Positions 51,041 to 63,920 of a DNA stretch of 64,000 nt are shown here, piece by piece (position 1 is the stretch's first letter; each line of letters opens with the position of its first letter). Made by a program: the position numbers and the translations under genes. Below the pieces are notes generated by a model that saw only the letters and a program-made list of their open reading frames with translations, did not search any database and was not told where the DNA came from. Location of the stretch: the NCBI RefSeq assembly GCF_004010195.1, contig NC_057749.1, forward strand, positions 5,597,634-5,661,633, written 5' to 3'. The DNA comes from Chiloscyllium plagiosum. Its lineage: Eukaryota.

Positions 51041-51168
51041 CAAGACATATATCGCTATGTAGAGATGGTGGGACACCCAGAACGCTCTGAAGCTAATGCG
51101 CCGAAAATGATGCAGGGCAAAGACGTGCAGAATTGAGAAGAAAAAGAGGAGAAGCACTCCAGTCATCC
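51041..51168 (-). CDS. DUOX: DUOX exon ([43 protein letters not shown])
   Basis: 128 nt; AG/GT; FW.SHHLY heme-ligand motif. Confidence 0.96.
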
Positions 51169-52109
51169 CTGAAAAACAATATAAATATCATGACCGCCTA
51201 TTAAGGTTCTGACTGATGGATTACTCCTCAATAATGCATGACTCAGCACTTCTGACAGAGACTATTAATTTCTTGTAAGTCTACCGTAATCCAGGAGAAA
51301 CAATGGCAAACACTAGGTTGAGCAAAGGGCCGGGAGATGAATATTAACCCAACCTAACAGCTCAGATTTCCTTTCCTTTTCCCATGGTCACAAATTCAAT
51401 GACTTTCAGGCAGTTACAACTTAAATTTCCAGATGGTGGAGTCTGCAGTTCCAGGTAACCCATTGCAATGCTCGTCGTTGTTAAATTAGCAGCTGCTCTC
51501 AGAGGAGATAGGGGGTTGACAGGAATGAGGATTGGAGTTGTTACCGCCATGCAGTTTATGTACAGGAGGTTTTGTGGCGCAGCAGCTGAGAATCAGTGTC
51601 GCTGAGTCAGATGCTTTGTATTTGAGTCCCATTCAAGGGCTTGGGGATCAAGGAAGGTGGATTCATAATGCAGCCAAACAGGCTGCAAATCCTTCCAACA
51701 CACGCCAATGGCAAGACATTCTGGTAAGCCATATAATTGAAATAACATCAGAATTGCTGCCATCATTATCTATAATTCCCAACTATTAATGAGCAAGGAA
51801 CCATAGCAACTCAGACACCCTGAGAGATCGACAGCATACTATAAATCTAAGTGCTGTGCTGAGCTTTAGCTGATTTCTTTTTTATTCTTTCATGGGATGT
51901 GGGTATTACTGATCGGGCTAGCATTTGTTGTCCATTCTTAATTGCATTGAATGAGTTAGATCAACCATAGTTGCACTGAATGGCAGAGCAGGCTTGTAGC
52001 ACAGAATGACCTATCCTTAGTTCATTCTTCGTACAATTGGCCTTTTCAGAGGGGATTTAAGAACCAACCACATTGGCTTGGACCTGGAGCCTGATAGGCC
52101 AGACCATGT

Positions 52110-52542
52110 AAGGAGGTGCCAGTGTTGGATTGGGAAGGACAAAGTTAAAAATCACACCACAGTAGGTTATAGTCCAATAGGTTTATTTGGAAGCACTCGC
52201 ACTCACACCTGATGAAGGAGCAGCGCTCTGAAAGATTATGCTTTCAAATAAACCTGTCGGACCATAACCTGGCATGATGTGATTTTTAACTTTACCTGAG
52301 ATAATTAAAATTCACATAGCACCCTGGAAAAGGAGTGGAGGTGCCGGTGTTGGACTGGGGTGGACAAGGTCAGAAATCATATGACACCAGATTATAGTCC
52401 AACAGGTTTATTTGAAATCACAAGCTTTTGTAGTGTTGCTCCTTCATCAGGTTCAGCTAATGGAGTAATAGTGCTCTGAGAGTTTTTAATTTCAAATAAA
52501 CCTGTTAAATCAAAACCTAGTGACGTGTGACCCCTGAACTTG
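52110..52542. mobile_element. Two adjacent palindromic family-2 elements
   Basis: Arms related to 21586-21978; CTGATGAAGGAGCAGCGCTCTGAAAG at 52209. Confidence 0.7.
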
Positions 52543-52793
52543 GGAGAGGAAGAAAATCATCCTGGGTTTGCAGATCAGATTACTTTGAATGCTAAGTCTA
52601 TATTTGTGGACAAGGAATGGCACACTTGGTTCTAATGATCCTCACAGTCAACACTTTTTATCTAAGGAAGATCACTTGGATGATAACCAGTTAACACAAC
52701 AGTAGACATTACATGGTATCACAAGCTTACTGTTTGTGCACAAATTTTCCTTTAGAGAAGTAATTCACCCCCTTGGTGAGGGGATGCAAGTAC

Positions 52794-52843
52794 CTGTAAT
52801 ATTTTGAAAGAACCACCAGTAAAACTTCAAGGGAATTTCAGAC
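52794..52843 (-). CDS. DUOX: DUOX exon (SEIPLKFYWWFFQNIT)
   Basis: 50 nt; AG/GT; KFYWWFFQ motif; phases match both neighbours. Confidence 0.95.
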
Positions 52844-52894
52844 CTACAGGAGAAAAGAGACATCATCAGTTATGAAATGCAGTAAGGGGTTGGA

Positions 52895-53360
52895 GGGGGT
52901 GCAGAGGAGGCTCTCTAGAGTGATTCCGGAGTTGAAAGAGTTGGCTTATGAGGAGAAATTGAGTAGATTGGGACTGTTCTCGTTGGAATTTTGAAGAATG
53001 GGAGGGAGCATCTTATAGAAACATATACAATTATGAAGGGAAAAGATAAGACAGAAGCAGGGAGATTGTTTCCACTGGTAGAGGGCATAGCCTCAAAATA
53101 AGGGGGGAGCAGATTAAGGACTGAGTTGAGGAGGCACTTCTTCACCCAAAGGGTTGTGAATTCCCCTCCAGTGAAGCAGTTGAGGTTACCTCATTGATGT
53201 TTTTAAAGCAAAGATAGATGGAGTTTTGAACAGTGAAGGAATTAAGGGTTATGGTGAGCGGGCGGGTAAGTGGAGCTGAGTCTGGGGAAAGATCGGCCAA
53301 GATCTTATTGAATGGCGGAGCATGCTCAAGGGGCCAGATGGCCTACTCCTGCTCCCAGCT
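52895..53360 (+). mobile_element. CR1-type LINE 3' end
   Basis: Decayed RT C-terminus and 3' UTR. Confidence 0.75.
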
Positions 53361-54075
53361 CTTAAATACCTGGCCTTTTAGCCTTTCAGGTTTTTAACTA
53401 CAGGTTTGACTTTGTTTCTCTGACAGCTATGGACCGGGACTTTACCAGATGAAAGAATTTGATGGATCCAGAAAGATCAAGTATATTCAATGCTCATCTA
53501 CTTCAAAAGTGGAGATCTCACCTTGACTTGAATCAATCAATCGCATGAATGACTGATTTTTCGATTGGATACCAAAAACAGAATTTAAATGGTAACAAAA
53601 AAGTAATATGAATAAGGATCACTGTCGAGCTACTATAGGGAAACCTGGTAGTATTGTGGGTGTTGGAATATAGAGCACTTTGGGATACAGATCACTTCAG
53701 GATATAAAGAACTTCGAGATATAGAGAACTTCAAATAATATTGATCTTGTTAATGTTGATCTTGCTACTTGCCCCCTCTTGTGCAGCCATAACCTTGTAT
53801 ACCTTGCTCTGTCTAAGCACCTTATGATCTATAAGTCCTTGTTCGCTATGATCTGCTTGCGCTGCTCACAAAACAAAGCTTTTCTCTGTACTTAGGTACA
53901 TGTGCCTACAATAAATCAAATCAAATTAGCATGCATCAGGGAATTAAAGGTGATGAGCGAGTCAGCAGGGAAGTGAGGTTGAGACCGAAATCTGATTGGC
54001 CATGCTTTTGCTGAGCGGTGCAACAGGCTTGATTTCCAATGTTCAAAATTCTTTCTGATTAAGAACTTAGCTTAC

Positions 54076-54175
54076 CCATCATCGTAGAGTGCCTCAGGAA
54101 ATAGGCAGGCTAGTACGCTGAGTGGGTTGGCTGAGAAAGTGTAGATATTGACTGCGTGAGCCGCACTGTGGAGCA
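54076..54175 (-). CDS. DUOX: DUOX exon ([34 protein letters not shown])
   Basis: 100 nt; AG/GT; LHSxxH and LACxFP motifs. Confidence 0.96.
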
Positions 54176-54914
54176 CTACAAATAAAAAAAAGCCAACTAA
54201 ATATGTTGTGTAATTAGCTGCGAGCAATATCCCAGTTCTACAATGGGTAATCAATACTGCAGAGTGTGCAGTGGGTTAGAGATCTACCTCTTGTTATATT
54301 CAAATATAACACAAGTGGATGGGACTGAAGCTTCCACCGTGTTACAGTTATTGTTAAGCAGGGAACTCATCAATTTACCAGGACTGCATATATTACAGAA
54401 ACTATTATTGATTCCTGATTGTAACTTACTCAAAATATAATTACGAGGCCAATGCTAAATTGGCCCTGCCACAGCTCAAAGTTATAAAACAATTCAACAT
54501 CACAGTCAATGATGTGCTTTTTGACATGTAATGTAGGAAACATGGCAGCAACTTTGTGCAGAGCATGCTCACAGAAATAGCTCATCTGTTTCCTTTTAGG
54601 GTATTATCCAAAACACCAGGGATAAATTCACCTGTGCCAATGGATCATTTACATGCACCCTTGGAGGCACAGAGAGCCTCAGTTTAATTTTTGTTTGGAA
54701 AGCGAGCATCTCCCTCCAATCATGCAGTACTGCAGAGGAGGGGCTTTTTGAGATCTGGAGGATTTGATCCCAGAACCTTGTGACTCAGAGGCGAGAGCAC
54801 TACCCTCCTCCCCCTGACACTGAGCCATGATTGACGTGGTTCCTTGAAAGCTCAAGGTCAGAGTCAGCGGAATCTCCGTTCACCACTACGCACGCGTATT
54901 GTCATACTCAGTAC

Positions 54915-55145
54915 CTGAGAAAAAGGCAGCAGCCATCGCAACCCAACGATGGAAATCCACGGCTGAATCAAAGGGAATGTAGTGATTCAGGAACGTTTCA
55001 CGTAGGACCGTGATGAGGTTCCGGCACATGGTGAGAAGGATGTACGAGTACATGAAGGAGACTGCGGCTGCCGACCCACGGGCAATTATGAGACCAACTC
55101 TTGTGGTCTGGGGCACTCCCGAATGTTCTCTCAGCACCGCATAGT
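54915..55145 (-). CDS. DUOX: DUOX exon (YAVLREHSG...[49 protein letters not shown])
   Basis: 231 nt; AG/GT; near-identical to DUOX TM region including the heme-ligand His in DFHRW. Confidence 0.97.
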
Positions 55146-55964
55146 CTGAAGGGAAAGGGAGCATTCATCAACATATCACAAACATGCCTTCTTGAACCAT
55201 TGCCACTCTGGGGTAAGGTAGTATACCCACAGTGCTGTTAGGAAGAGAGTTTCAGGATTGGAGCCCAGCAGCATTGCAGGAGTGGAGATATAGTTACAAG
55301 TCAGGATGGATATGACTTTGAAGTACAACTTTTCACACCTATCTTAGCAACAGTTCAATACATTGAAAATATTCTGCCTGTTCACATAACTGTGAATGTA
55401 ACTACTCGATTTAAGTGATATCCTTAGCAACTCGGTAAAGCCTGACCAGACTGTGGGGTTGCTCTGTCATTTGAGAGGCAACTGGTAATGGTTTAACTTA
55501 AGGTCACCACGCCTCAGGCGAGGGGAAAGTTTGAAAAGGTGAAACCTTCACGTTAACTGAAGCTGGTGTGGGAATTGAATCTGCACTGATGGTATCACTG
55601 TTCATTACAAACCAACTGTCCAGCTCCGAGCAACCACTCCATTTGTGAATCACTGTCTCATTTAAATTTGCAATGAGGAGAGGCAACCTTATTGAAACAT
55701 ATAAGATTCTTAAGGGATTTGACAGGGTCGATGTTTCCCCATGTCACTGAGTCTAGGACCAGAGGGCACAGTTTCACAATAAGGGGTTGCAGAGTTGAGT
55801 AGAAATTTCTTCTGTCAGAGAAAAAGTGAATCTGTGGAGCTCTTTGCCACAGAGGTTTGGTCAATAATTATATTCATGGTTGAGATAGATTTTTAATCAG
55901 TAAGGGAATTAAAAGCTATGGGGAAAAGGCAGAAAAGTGGAGCTGGTGATTACCAGGTCAGTCC

Positions 55965-56669
55965 TAGAGTCATAGAGATGTACAGCACAGAAACAGACCT
56001 TTCGGTCCAACTCATCCATGCCGACCAGGTCTGAAATTAATCTGGTCCAATTTGCCAGCATTTGGCCCATATCCCTCTAAACCCTTCCTATTCATGTACC
56101 TATCCAGATGCCTTTTAAATGTTGTAATTGTACCAGCCTCCACCAGTTCCTCTGGCAGCTCATTCCACACACACACGACCCTCTGCGTGAAAAAGTTGCC
56201 CTTTAAGTCCCTTTTAAATCTTTCCTCTCTCACCTAGTTCTGGACTCCCCCAACCCAGGGAAAAGACTTTGTCTATTCAGATCAGACTTTGTCTATTCAA
56301 AGCCCTTCATCAGGCTTTTGCCCGAAACGTCCATTTTCCTGTTCCTCGGATGCTGCCTGATCTGTTGTGCTTTTCCAGCACCACTCTGATCTAAACTCCA
56401 GCATCTGCAGTCCTCACTTTTGCCATTTTGTCTAATCACCCTATTCATGCTTCTGATGATTTTATAAACCTCTATAAGGTCACCCCTCAGCCTCCGATGC
56501 TCCAGGGAAAACAGCCCCAGCCTATTCAGCCTCTCCCTATACACAAACCCTCCAAACATAATAACAAAGCGTTTCTGAACCCTTTAAAGTTTCACAACGT
56601 CCTTCCTATAGGAGGGAGACCAGAATTACATATTCGAAAGTAGCCTAACCAATGTCCTGTACGGCCGCA
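55965..56669 (-). mobile_element. 5'-truncated CR1 with a nested Penelope-type element (~56300-56425)
   Basis: CR1 tail and RRLRGDLIEVYKI; insert flanked by TTTGTCTA(T/A)TCA. Confidence 0.8.
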
Positions 56670-57739
56670 TATAGTTTTAAAAAGCAGATAGGTGTGAAAA
56701 GTTGTACCTCAAAGTCATATCCATCCTGACTTGTAACTATATCTCCACCCCTGCAATGCTGCCGGGCTCCAATCCTGAAACTCTCTTCCTAACAGCACTG
56801 TGGTTATAGCAAAATTTGATCAGATCATGTGGGGAATGCCACATTCAGTTCCAGCTATCGCAACTCAGAAAATAAGTATTTGTCTTGGAGAAGATGTAGC
56901 ATTGATACATCAGAGTGATACCCAAGATTTTGCCTCTCTTCACTTGAGGCAATAGAATATTAGAGAGTGATTTTTGTTTCTTCATTCAAGGGATGTGAGC
57001 ATCACTGGCAATGGCAGCATTCATTGTCCAATCTAATTGTGCAGATGACAGTTAGGAGTGAACCACATTGCTATCTGGAGTCACGTGTAGGCCAGACCAA
57101 ATAAGGATGGCATATTTCCTTCCCTAAAGGACATTAGTGAACCAGATTGTTTTTCCAATGGTTTTGTGGTCATCATTAGAGCCTTATTTCCAGATTATTA
57201 TTGAATTCAAAAGTCTACCATCTGCCATGACAGGATTCAAACCCAGGTCCCCAGATCATTAACTGGCTCGCTGGATTAACAGTGAAGCAGTTACACCACT
57301 TGGAGATCACAACCCCAATTTAATTGAGGATTTAAAACCGTCAAATCATTTGATAAGCATAATTACTCTTCATTTGGTAGTTAACCACTTCATCTCACAG
57401 AAGTATACAAAACAAAAGGGATGTAAGCTTAAAATTAGAATTGGGTCATTCAGGGTTAAAACAAGGAATCATTTATTCACCTAAGGGGTGTGGAAGTCTT
57501 AAATTTTCTCTTGGAAAAGGTTAATGAGGCTGCGGTCAGGGTGAGAGGGTAAAATAGAAATTGCAAAATTGAGATTTTGTTTGTAACCCAGGTGGCAAAT
57601 ATATGAAGCTACGTCACAGATAAGTCATAATCTAACAAAGCAGTTAAAAAAGGCCCAAAAAAAGCCTCCTCTTGCTCCCATGGTAACATGGTCTGTTAAT
57701 TGTAAATGGTTGGTTACGCAAATATAACATGGTACTTAC

Positions 57740-57918
57740 AATAGGCACGTTCAACAAAGACACCCGCAGTAATTCCAAAGAAGATGATTACACAAAAAAT
57801 TTGACGTTGATGATTTTGAATATATTGTCTATATTCATGGTATTTCTGGTAAAATTTATTTTTGGTATACTTTTCCCGTTTTGGTTCTGCAAAGACTTTA
57901 CTCATGGCTTGAGAAGAT
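57740..57918 (-). CDS. DUOX: DUOX exon (pre-TM segment and first NOX-core TM; SSQAMSKVFAEPKREKY...ITAGVFVERAY)
   Basis: AG/GT boundaries; 179 nt; resembles human DUOX ...ENYRRHIVCV...VFADRAY. Confidence 0.92.
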
Positions 57919-58564
57919 CTTGAAACACAAACAGAATAGAATAGAAAGAATTACATTTATAAAGCATCTTTCATGCTGTTGGTATGCCTCAAGGACTTTA
58001 AAGACAATGATGCACATTTGAAATGTCTTCACTATCCAATGTAGGAAAAGCAGTTGACAATTTCTGCACAGTAAGTTCCCATAAACAGGAATGAGATAAT
58101 GACAAAATAATCTGAGTTTTAGCAATTTTTGTGAAGGAATAAATATTGGCCAGGGCAGAGATGAACAATGCTAATATTTTTCAAAATTGCACCAAAAGCC
58201 AGGAGGCCTTAGTTTAATGTCCTCTGAGAAGCAGCATTTATTGTATCTTGCAAGATAACCTCTTCTATCAAGAAAAAACAACCTCTAAAATCAACATCTC
58301 TAAAGAAAGTTTTCTTTTCTAAAGCTGTGTAGACAATAAATGAAAACAATTCCTTGATTTTTTTTTACTTGCTAGGATGCTATCCCTGCTGATAGCTCAG
58401 ATATATGATTTTATTTGCTACTGAGGTAAATCAAAAGATGCTCCAAATTTCACAGAGCAATCGTCAAAAAGAGAATTGTTTTTACATTTTGTTAGAAAAG
58501 CAGGAAGGTTATCCAATAGCGTTTGGAGCGCTGAATGTTTCTTTGACTTTAAAGTGAGGTGCAA

Positions 58565-59413
58565 CGAGACCTGGATGTCATGGTGGAATAGTCACCGAAG
58601 GTTGGCATGCAGATGCAGCAGGCAATGAGGAAAGCTAATGGCATGCTCTCCTTTGTATGGTGTGGACTTGAGTATTGGAGTAAAGGCTGTCTTGTTGCAG
58701 TTATACAGGGCCTTAGTGAGGCCACACCTTGAGTATTGTGTGCAGTTTTGGTCGCCTTTTCTGAGAAAGGATATTCTTGTTTTTGATGGAGTCCAGAGAA
58801 AAATCACCTGACTGACTCCGAGAAAGCAGGACTGATATAGCCTTGTTGCAGTTATACAGGGCCTTAGTGAGGCCACACCTTGAGTATTGTGTGCAGTTTT
58901 GGTCGCCTTTTCTGAGGAAGGATATTCTTGTTTTTGATGGAGTCCAGAGAAAAATCACCTGACTGACTCCGAGAAAGCAGGACTGATATATGAGGAAAGA
59001 TTGGATTGACAGAGCTTGTATAGACTGGAATATAGAAGAATGGGGGGGCGGGGGGGAGATCTCATAGAAACATATAAAATTCTGATGGGACTGGGCAGGC
59101 TAGATGTGGGAAGAATGTTCCTGATGTTGAGGAAATCCAGAACTAGGGGTTGCAGTGTAAGAATAAGGGGTAGGCCATTCAGACTGAGATGAGGAAGAAT
59201 TTCTTCATTCAGACAGTTTGTAATATACTCTCCCACAGGAAGCTGTTGGAGCCAGGTTGTTCGATATATTCAAGAGGGGAGCTGGACACGGCCCTGAAGA
59301 GATCAAGAGGTATGGGGAGAGGGCAGGAGTGAGATACTGAGATCAGCATGATCTTATTGAATGCAAGCTCGAAGGGCCGAATGGCCTGTACTTATTTTCT
59401 ATGTTTCTATGTT
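58565..59413 (+). mobile_element. CR1-type LINE 3' part with an internal 151 bp tandem duplication
   Basis: [16 protein letters not shown] segment occurs twice; (TATGTTTC)n tail. Confidence 0.82.
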
Positions 59414-59542
59414 TATTCTTCCCCCCACCCCGATTGAAATTTAGCAAAGATTTGCTCCTGATATAAAAGCAACTTGTGACTTAAACTGATTGAATAATCC
59501 TGCGGCTGTGATACTTAGCTAATATTGTATTTCATTTCTTAC

Positions 59543-59641
59543 TTCTTGCCAAATCGTTTCCGCAAATCCAGGACAAAATGATCCGGGCTCAAGGTTTCAG
59601 CTGGACTGGTTTCTTGTTGGTTTTCTGTGCCCTTTGACCCT
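59543..59641 (-). CDS. DUOX: DUOX internal exon (linker after EF-hands; GSKGTENQQETSPAETLSPDHFVLDLRKRFGKK)
   Basis: ttttcag acceptor and GTAAGA donor; 99 nt; ends in KRFGKK as the corresponding human DUOX exon does; phase joins the next exon. Confidence 0.85.
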
Positions 59642-60140
59642 CTGAAAAATGTCAAAGTGATGGCTTGTGAGGCTTGAAAGAAAATTTACCGAAGTCCCAT
59701 GTGAAAACAACTTCCCTAGCTGTTGTCTAAATGAGGTTTACCAGGTTTACACAAGAAAATACTGACGTGAATCAAAAACACCTTTAAGAAACAGGAACAA
59801 CAAATACCGGTTTATTGTAGCAACAACCACCTTTGCAAAACATCCGAAAACACTTCCTATCTAATCAATTAAGTATAATTGCTGTGACACAGGAATACAG
59901 GCATGCTGAATTGTGCTAAGCAAGATCCCATAAAATGCATTAGTTGTGTCAAACAATTAGCTCATGTAGTGTGCTGTGTTTGTTGAAATCAGTGGTGGGC
60001 AGTACACATGCTGACTCCCTTCTTTGCTTTGAATAGTATTATTGCTTGAATTGCCAAATGAGGCTGCACTGATGTGTTATCTCTAAACCAGCACCTCTAA
60101 CAGTGCAGCACTCCCTCAGTATTGCACTGATGGATCAGAC

Positions 60141-60239
60141 CTTCCTGATGAAGGGCTTTTGCCCGAAACGTCGATTTTGCCTGTCTTCGGATGCTGCCTG
60201 AATTGCTGTGCTCTTCCAGCACCACTGATCCAGAATCTG
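60141..60239 (+). ncRNA. Penelope-type element fragment with an intact minimal hammerhead ribozyme core
   Basis: CTGATGA-A-GGGC-TTTT-GCCC-GAAA-CG-TC at 60145-60172. Confidence 0.6.
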
Positions 60240-60426
60240 TTCAACTCACAACCTATTGCTTCCAAAGCAAGGAGGCTACTAAGTCTTGATTAGACATGTT
60301 CTGATTTACTAAAGTACTGTTGTCTAGTGAACACCTCTCTGACACAGGAATCATATGACACCTTCCTACCATATGTAACACATTTTGGAAAATAACCTAA
60401 CAATATTATAAATAACAACAAATTTG

Positions 60427-60713
60427 GGGTCAGCACAGTGGTTAGCACTGCTGCCTCATAGCACCAGCGACCTGGGTTCGATTCCGGCCTCGGGCAACTC
60501 TCTGTGTGGAGTTTGCACGTTCTCCCTGCGTCTGCGTGGGTTTCCTCCTACAGTCCAAAGCTATGCAGATCAGGTGAATTGGCCATGCAAAGTTGCCCCA
60601 TAGTGTTAGATGCATTAGTCAGGAGGAAATGGGTCTGGTTGGGTAACTCTTTGGAGAGTTGGTGTGGACTTGTTGGGCTGAAGGGCCTGTTTCCACAATG
60701 TAGGGAATCTAAT
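60427..60713 (+). mobile_element. V-SINE (HE1-like)
   Basis: tRNA head, V-domain, AATCT tail. Confidence 0.8.
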
Positions 60714-62035
60714 TAAGACATTGTGGAGACAATCAAAGATATTTAAATAATTATCTTTTAATCCTGAGGCTCAGCCAGATAAGGAACACCTGTGGCTTTA
60801 TTTTACTGATAGTCCTCTCTTTCACAAACTCATGCTCACAAGTAGATTGGATGCCCAACACATTTGATGTGAACTGATTTATTATTGCCACATGTATTGA
60901 AAAGTTCTGTTTTGTGTGCAGCACAGGCAGACCAGACCATACAAAGTACATCAGGGTAACCGAACAGAGCGAAGAACACAATGTCTGGCTGCAGAGGAGG
61001 TGCACAAACAGCAAGATCAACACTAAATTTAAAATCTGAGATACGGCATGCTCAGAGTGAAATATAGAACACATCAAATCTCAGAGCCTGATGGCAAGGA
61101 TTAAACCTGGAACATCTGAATCTTACAAATACCTGTGTATATTTTAGTAATTTAACCAACATAGTTAAACTGATAAACTTAGTTGGATGTCATTATGAAG
61201 TTAAAAGAATGTTTAGTTTGGCAAAGTTTCATGACATTCTTTTAAAGTCTAGGTGTGGGAGTACAAACAAAACATTTTTTTTGTTGAAGATTTCTGTCCT
61301 CCTATTCTGAAAGGCTTCTTAATTCTGCATGACCTCCTTCAGCAAGGAAGATGGATGTATCCTGGGAGAAATCAGTTTTTTGATAGTGTCTGCTGACAGT
61401 GAACAGGAGGTGTGGCAATAGTTAAGCGGGATGAATGCCAAGTTAGGTGAAGCACATTGCCCATCTCTTGGCACATTGAGATACGCCATATAATGTTAAT
61501 GGTTGAAGAATTAAGCAACAAGCCTTGCAAATCCTGAAGTTGCACAGAGAAGAGATCACAAATAAAAAAAAGTTCTTTTTCTTTAAACTGATCAGTTACA
61601 ATGAATAAAATCCATGTATCTAACCAAATGTTCAGGTCTTTGCAGTTCGAAACTTTCCTCTGATCAGAGGCAGATTGCCAGATAACGCGAAGTGGAAAAT
61701 GGACTCTGGACATGTTTTGTCACGAGTTCTTTTGTTTACATGAGTGATAGCTTTTCCATCAGGCTAGGGAAAACTCAATTAATCTGTCTCCTCCCTCAGC
61801 CATGAGAAGGTAACAAATGTGCTGGGCACATCTCAGGTTAACTTAAGAAATGTGAGACGATACTCGTTTCAGCAGGGCCTCAGTAGAAAGCTGAGATATG
61901 GCGTGAGTCCTACTGTGATCACAAGGCCTGTACCACTTGAGATAAACAGTCTGTGGGAAATAATTACTTTAGGAAAGTGGAGGCTGTTCCATTGGGAAAA
62001 CATGGAAAGAGAAGCTTCATATTGGTTGGGATTTG

Positions 62036-62305
62036 GGGCGGCATGGTGGCTCAGTGGTTAGCACTGCTGCCTCATAGTCCCAGGTTCGATTCCAGTCTTG
62101 GGTGACCGTCTGTGTGGAGTTTGCACATTCTCCCCGTGTCTGCGTGGGTTTCCTCCCACAGTCCAAAGATGTGCAGGTCAGGTAAATTGCCCATAGTGTT
62201 AGGTGCATTAGTCAGAGGGAAATTGGTCTGGGTGGGTTAGTCTTTGGAGGGTCGGTGTGGACTGGTTTGGCTGAAGGGCCTATTTCCACACTGTACGGAA
62301 TCTAA
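62036..62305 (+). mobile_element. V-SINE (HE1-like)
   Basis: Same family. Confidence 0.8.
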
Positions 62306-62619
62306 TTTTTCTGTGCCTGTTTTCCATTATCAGAATGGTGTGAGCACCCCTCCGCCCCCAGTCTGATTTAGTTCTGGTAGCTCAGTCCAGCAGCCAATCC
62401 TCCAGATAAGAACACATTTAATTTAAAAGGATTTAAAATTTGTGCGGTATTGGGAAATTAAAAAGGCTACTTATAATGGACAATGGTCAGACAATTGTCA
62501 TGTCTTGCATGAAACTTTGGAACGGGACTTAAAACATAAATCATGAAACCCAGACCTAGTAAAGTGACCTCTTGAATATATTAGCATGCAGCTACTCATT
62601 TGTCTGATTGTATCACTTT

Positions 62620-62900
62620 TAGATTAGATTACTTACAGTGTGGAAACAGGCCCTTCGGCCCAACAAGTCCACACCAACCCGCCACCCACCCAGACCCATT
62701 CCCCTGCCCCTAACACTACAGGCAATTTAGCATGGTCAATTCACCTAACCTGCACATTTTTGGACTGTGGGAGGAAACCAGAGCACCCGGAGGAAACCCA
62801 CACAGACACGGGGAGAATGTGCAAACTCCACACAGTCAGTCGCCTGAGGCGGGAATTGAACTCGGGTCTCTGGCACTGTGAGGCAGCAGTGTGCCACCAT
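62620..62900 (-). mobile_element. V-SINE (HE1-like)
   Basis: Same family, opposite orientation. Confidence 0.8.
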
Positions 62901-63536
62901 GAAGTGATAAATTCACAATCAGCAGTTAAATGGTGTTTTTCAGTGAATTAGTTTGGCCAAGCTGCATGTCTGTGAATACACAACTAATGAGTCATGCTAT
63001 CTGGAATAACAAAATGAAAGAACTGGAAATCTGAAACAAAAACAGCAATAGCTGAGAAAGTCAGCACTTTCTATAGAAACACACTCAACATTTTGGATCT
63101 AGGGACCTTTCTTTAGAATGGTTTGAAGCAAAGTCAGTGGACTCAAGATGCTGACTGTTCCTGTCTCAACAGATGCTGCCAGACCTGCTGAGTTTCTCTG
63201 GCTATTTCTGCTTCATACTTGGTTGTGTCTGAAAAAAACACCTGTATTCCATGGAGTTGCTAATCCCAGAATGGATTTCATTAAAGTGAAATTCACTTTC
63301 CAACCTGATGATGCTGTTCAGCCAGAATCTCTCTCATTGTAACACCGTCATATGTTACTGCAGGATTCATGAACACAGGATGTAGGATTATTGCAACAGT
63401 GAAGCATGGACAGTCAAAAGTGGAGGGGATTGGGATAATTCATTGGCAAGGGTGTGATTTGTGTTTAACCAGAAGGATAGGACCATGCAAAGTAATGAGA
63501 AGCAGGATTGCCTATCTGCAGACATGGACACCCATT

Positions 63537-63920
63537 GTGACCTTTTAGAGGTTTACAAAATCATGAGGGGCATGGATTAGGTAAATAGGCAAAGTCTTTT
63601 CCCTGGGGTCGGGGAGTCCAAAACTAGAGGGCATGGGTTTAGGGTGAGAGGGGAACAATATAAAAGAGACCTATGGGGCAAGTTTTTCACGCAGAGGGTG
63701 GTACGTGTATGGAATGAGCTGCCAAAGGACGTGGTGGAGACTGGTACAATTGCAAGATTTAAGAGGCTTTTGGATGGGTATATGAATAGGAAGGGTTTGG
63801 AGGGATATGGGCCGGGTGCTGGCAGGTGGGACTAGATTGGGTTGGGATTTCTGGTCGGTGTGGATGGGTTGGACTGAAGGGTCTGTTTCCATGCTGTACA
63901 TCTCTATGACTTTATGACTA
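63537..63920 (+). mobile_element. 5'-truncated CR1 LINE 3' end
   Basis: FFTQRVVRVWNELP; CTATGACT-type tail. Confidence 0.85.

Noticed and set aside
62036..62110. tRNA-like A/B boxes
   Set aside because: SINE heads rather than tRNA genes; the same applies to the other V-SINE copies
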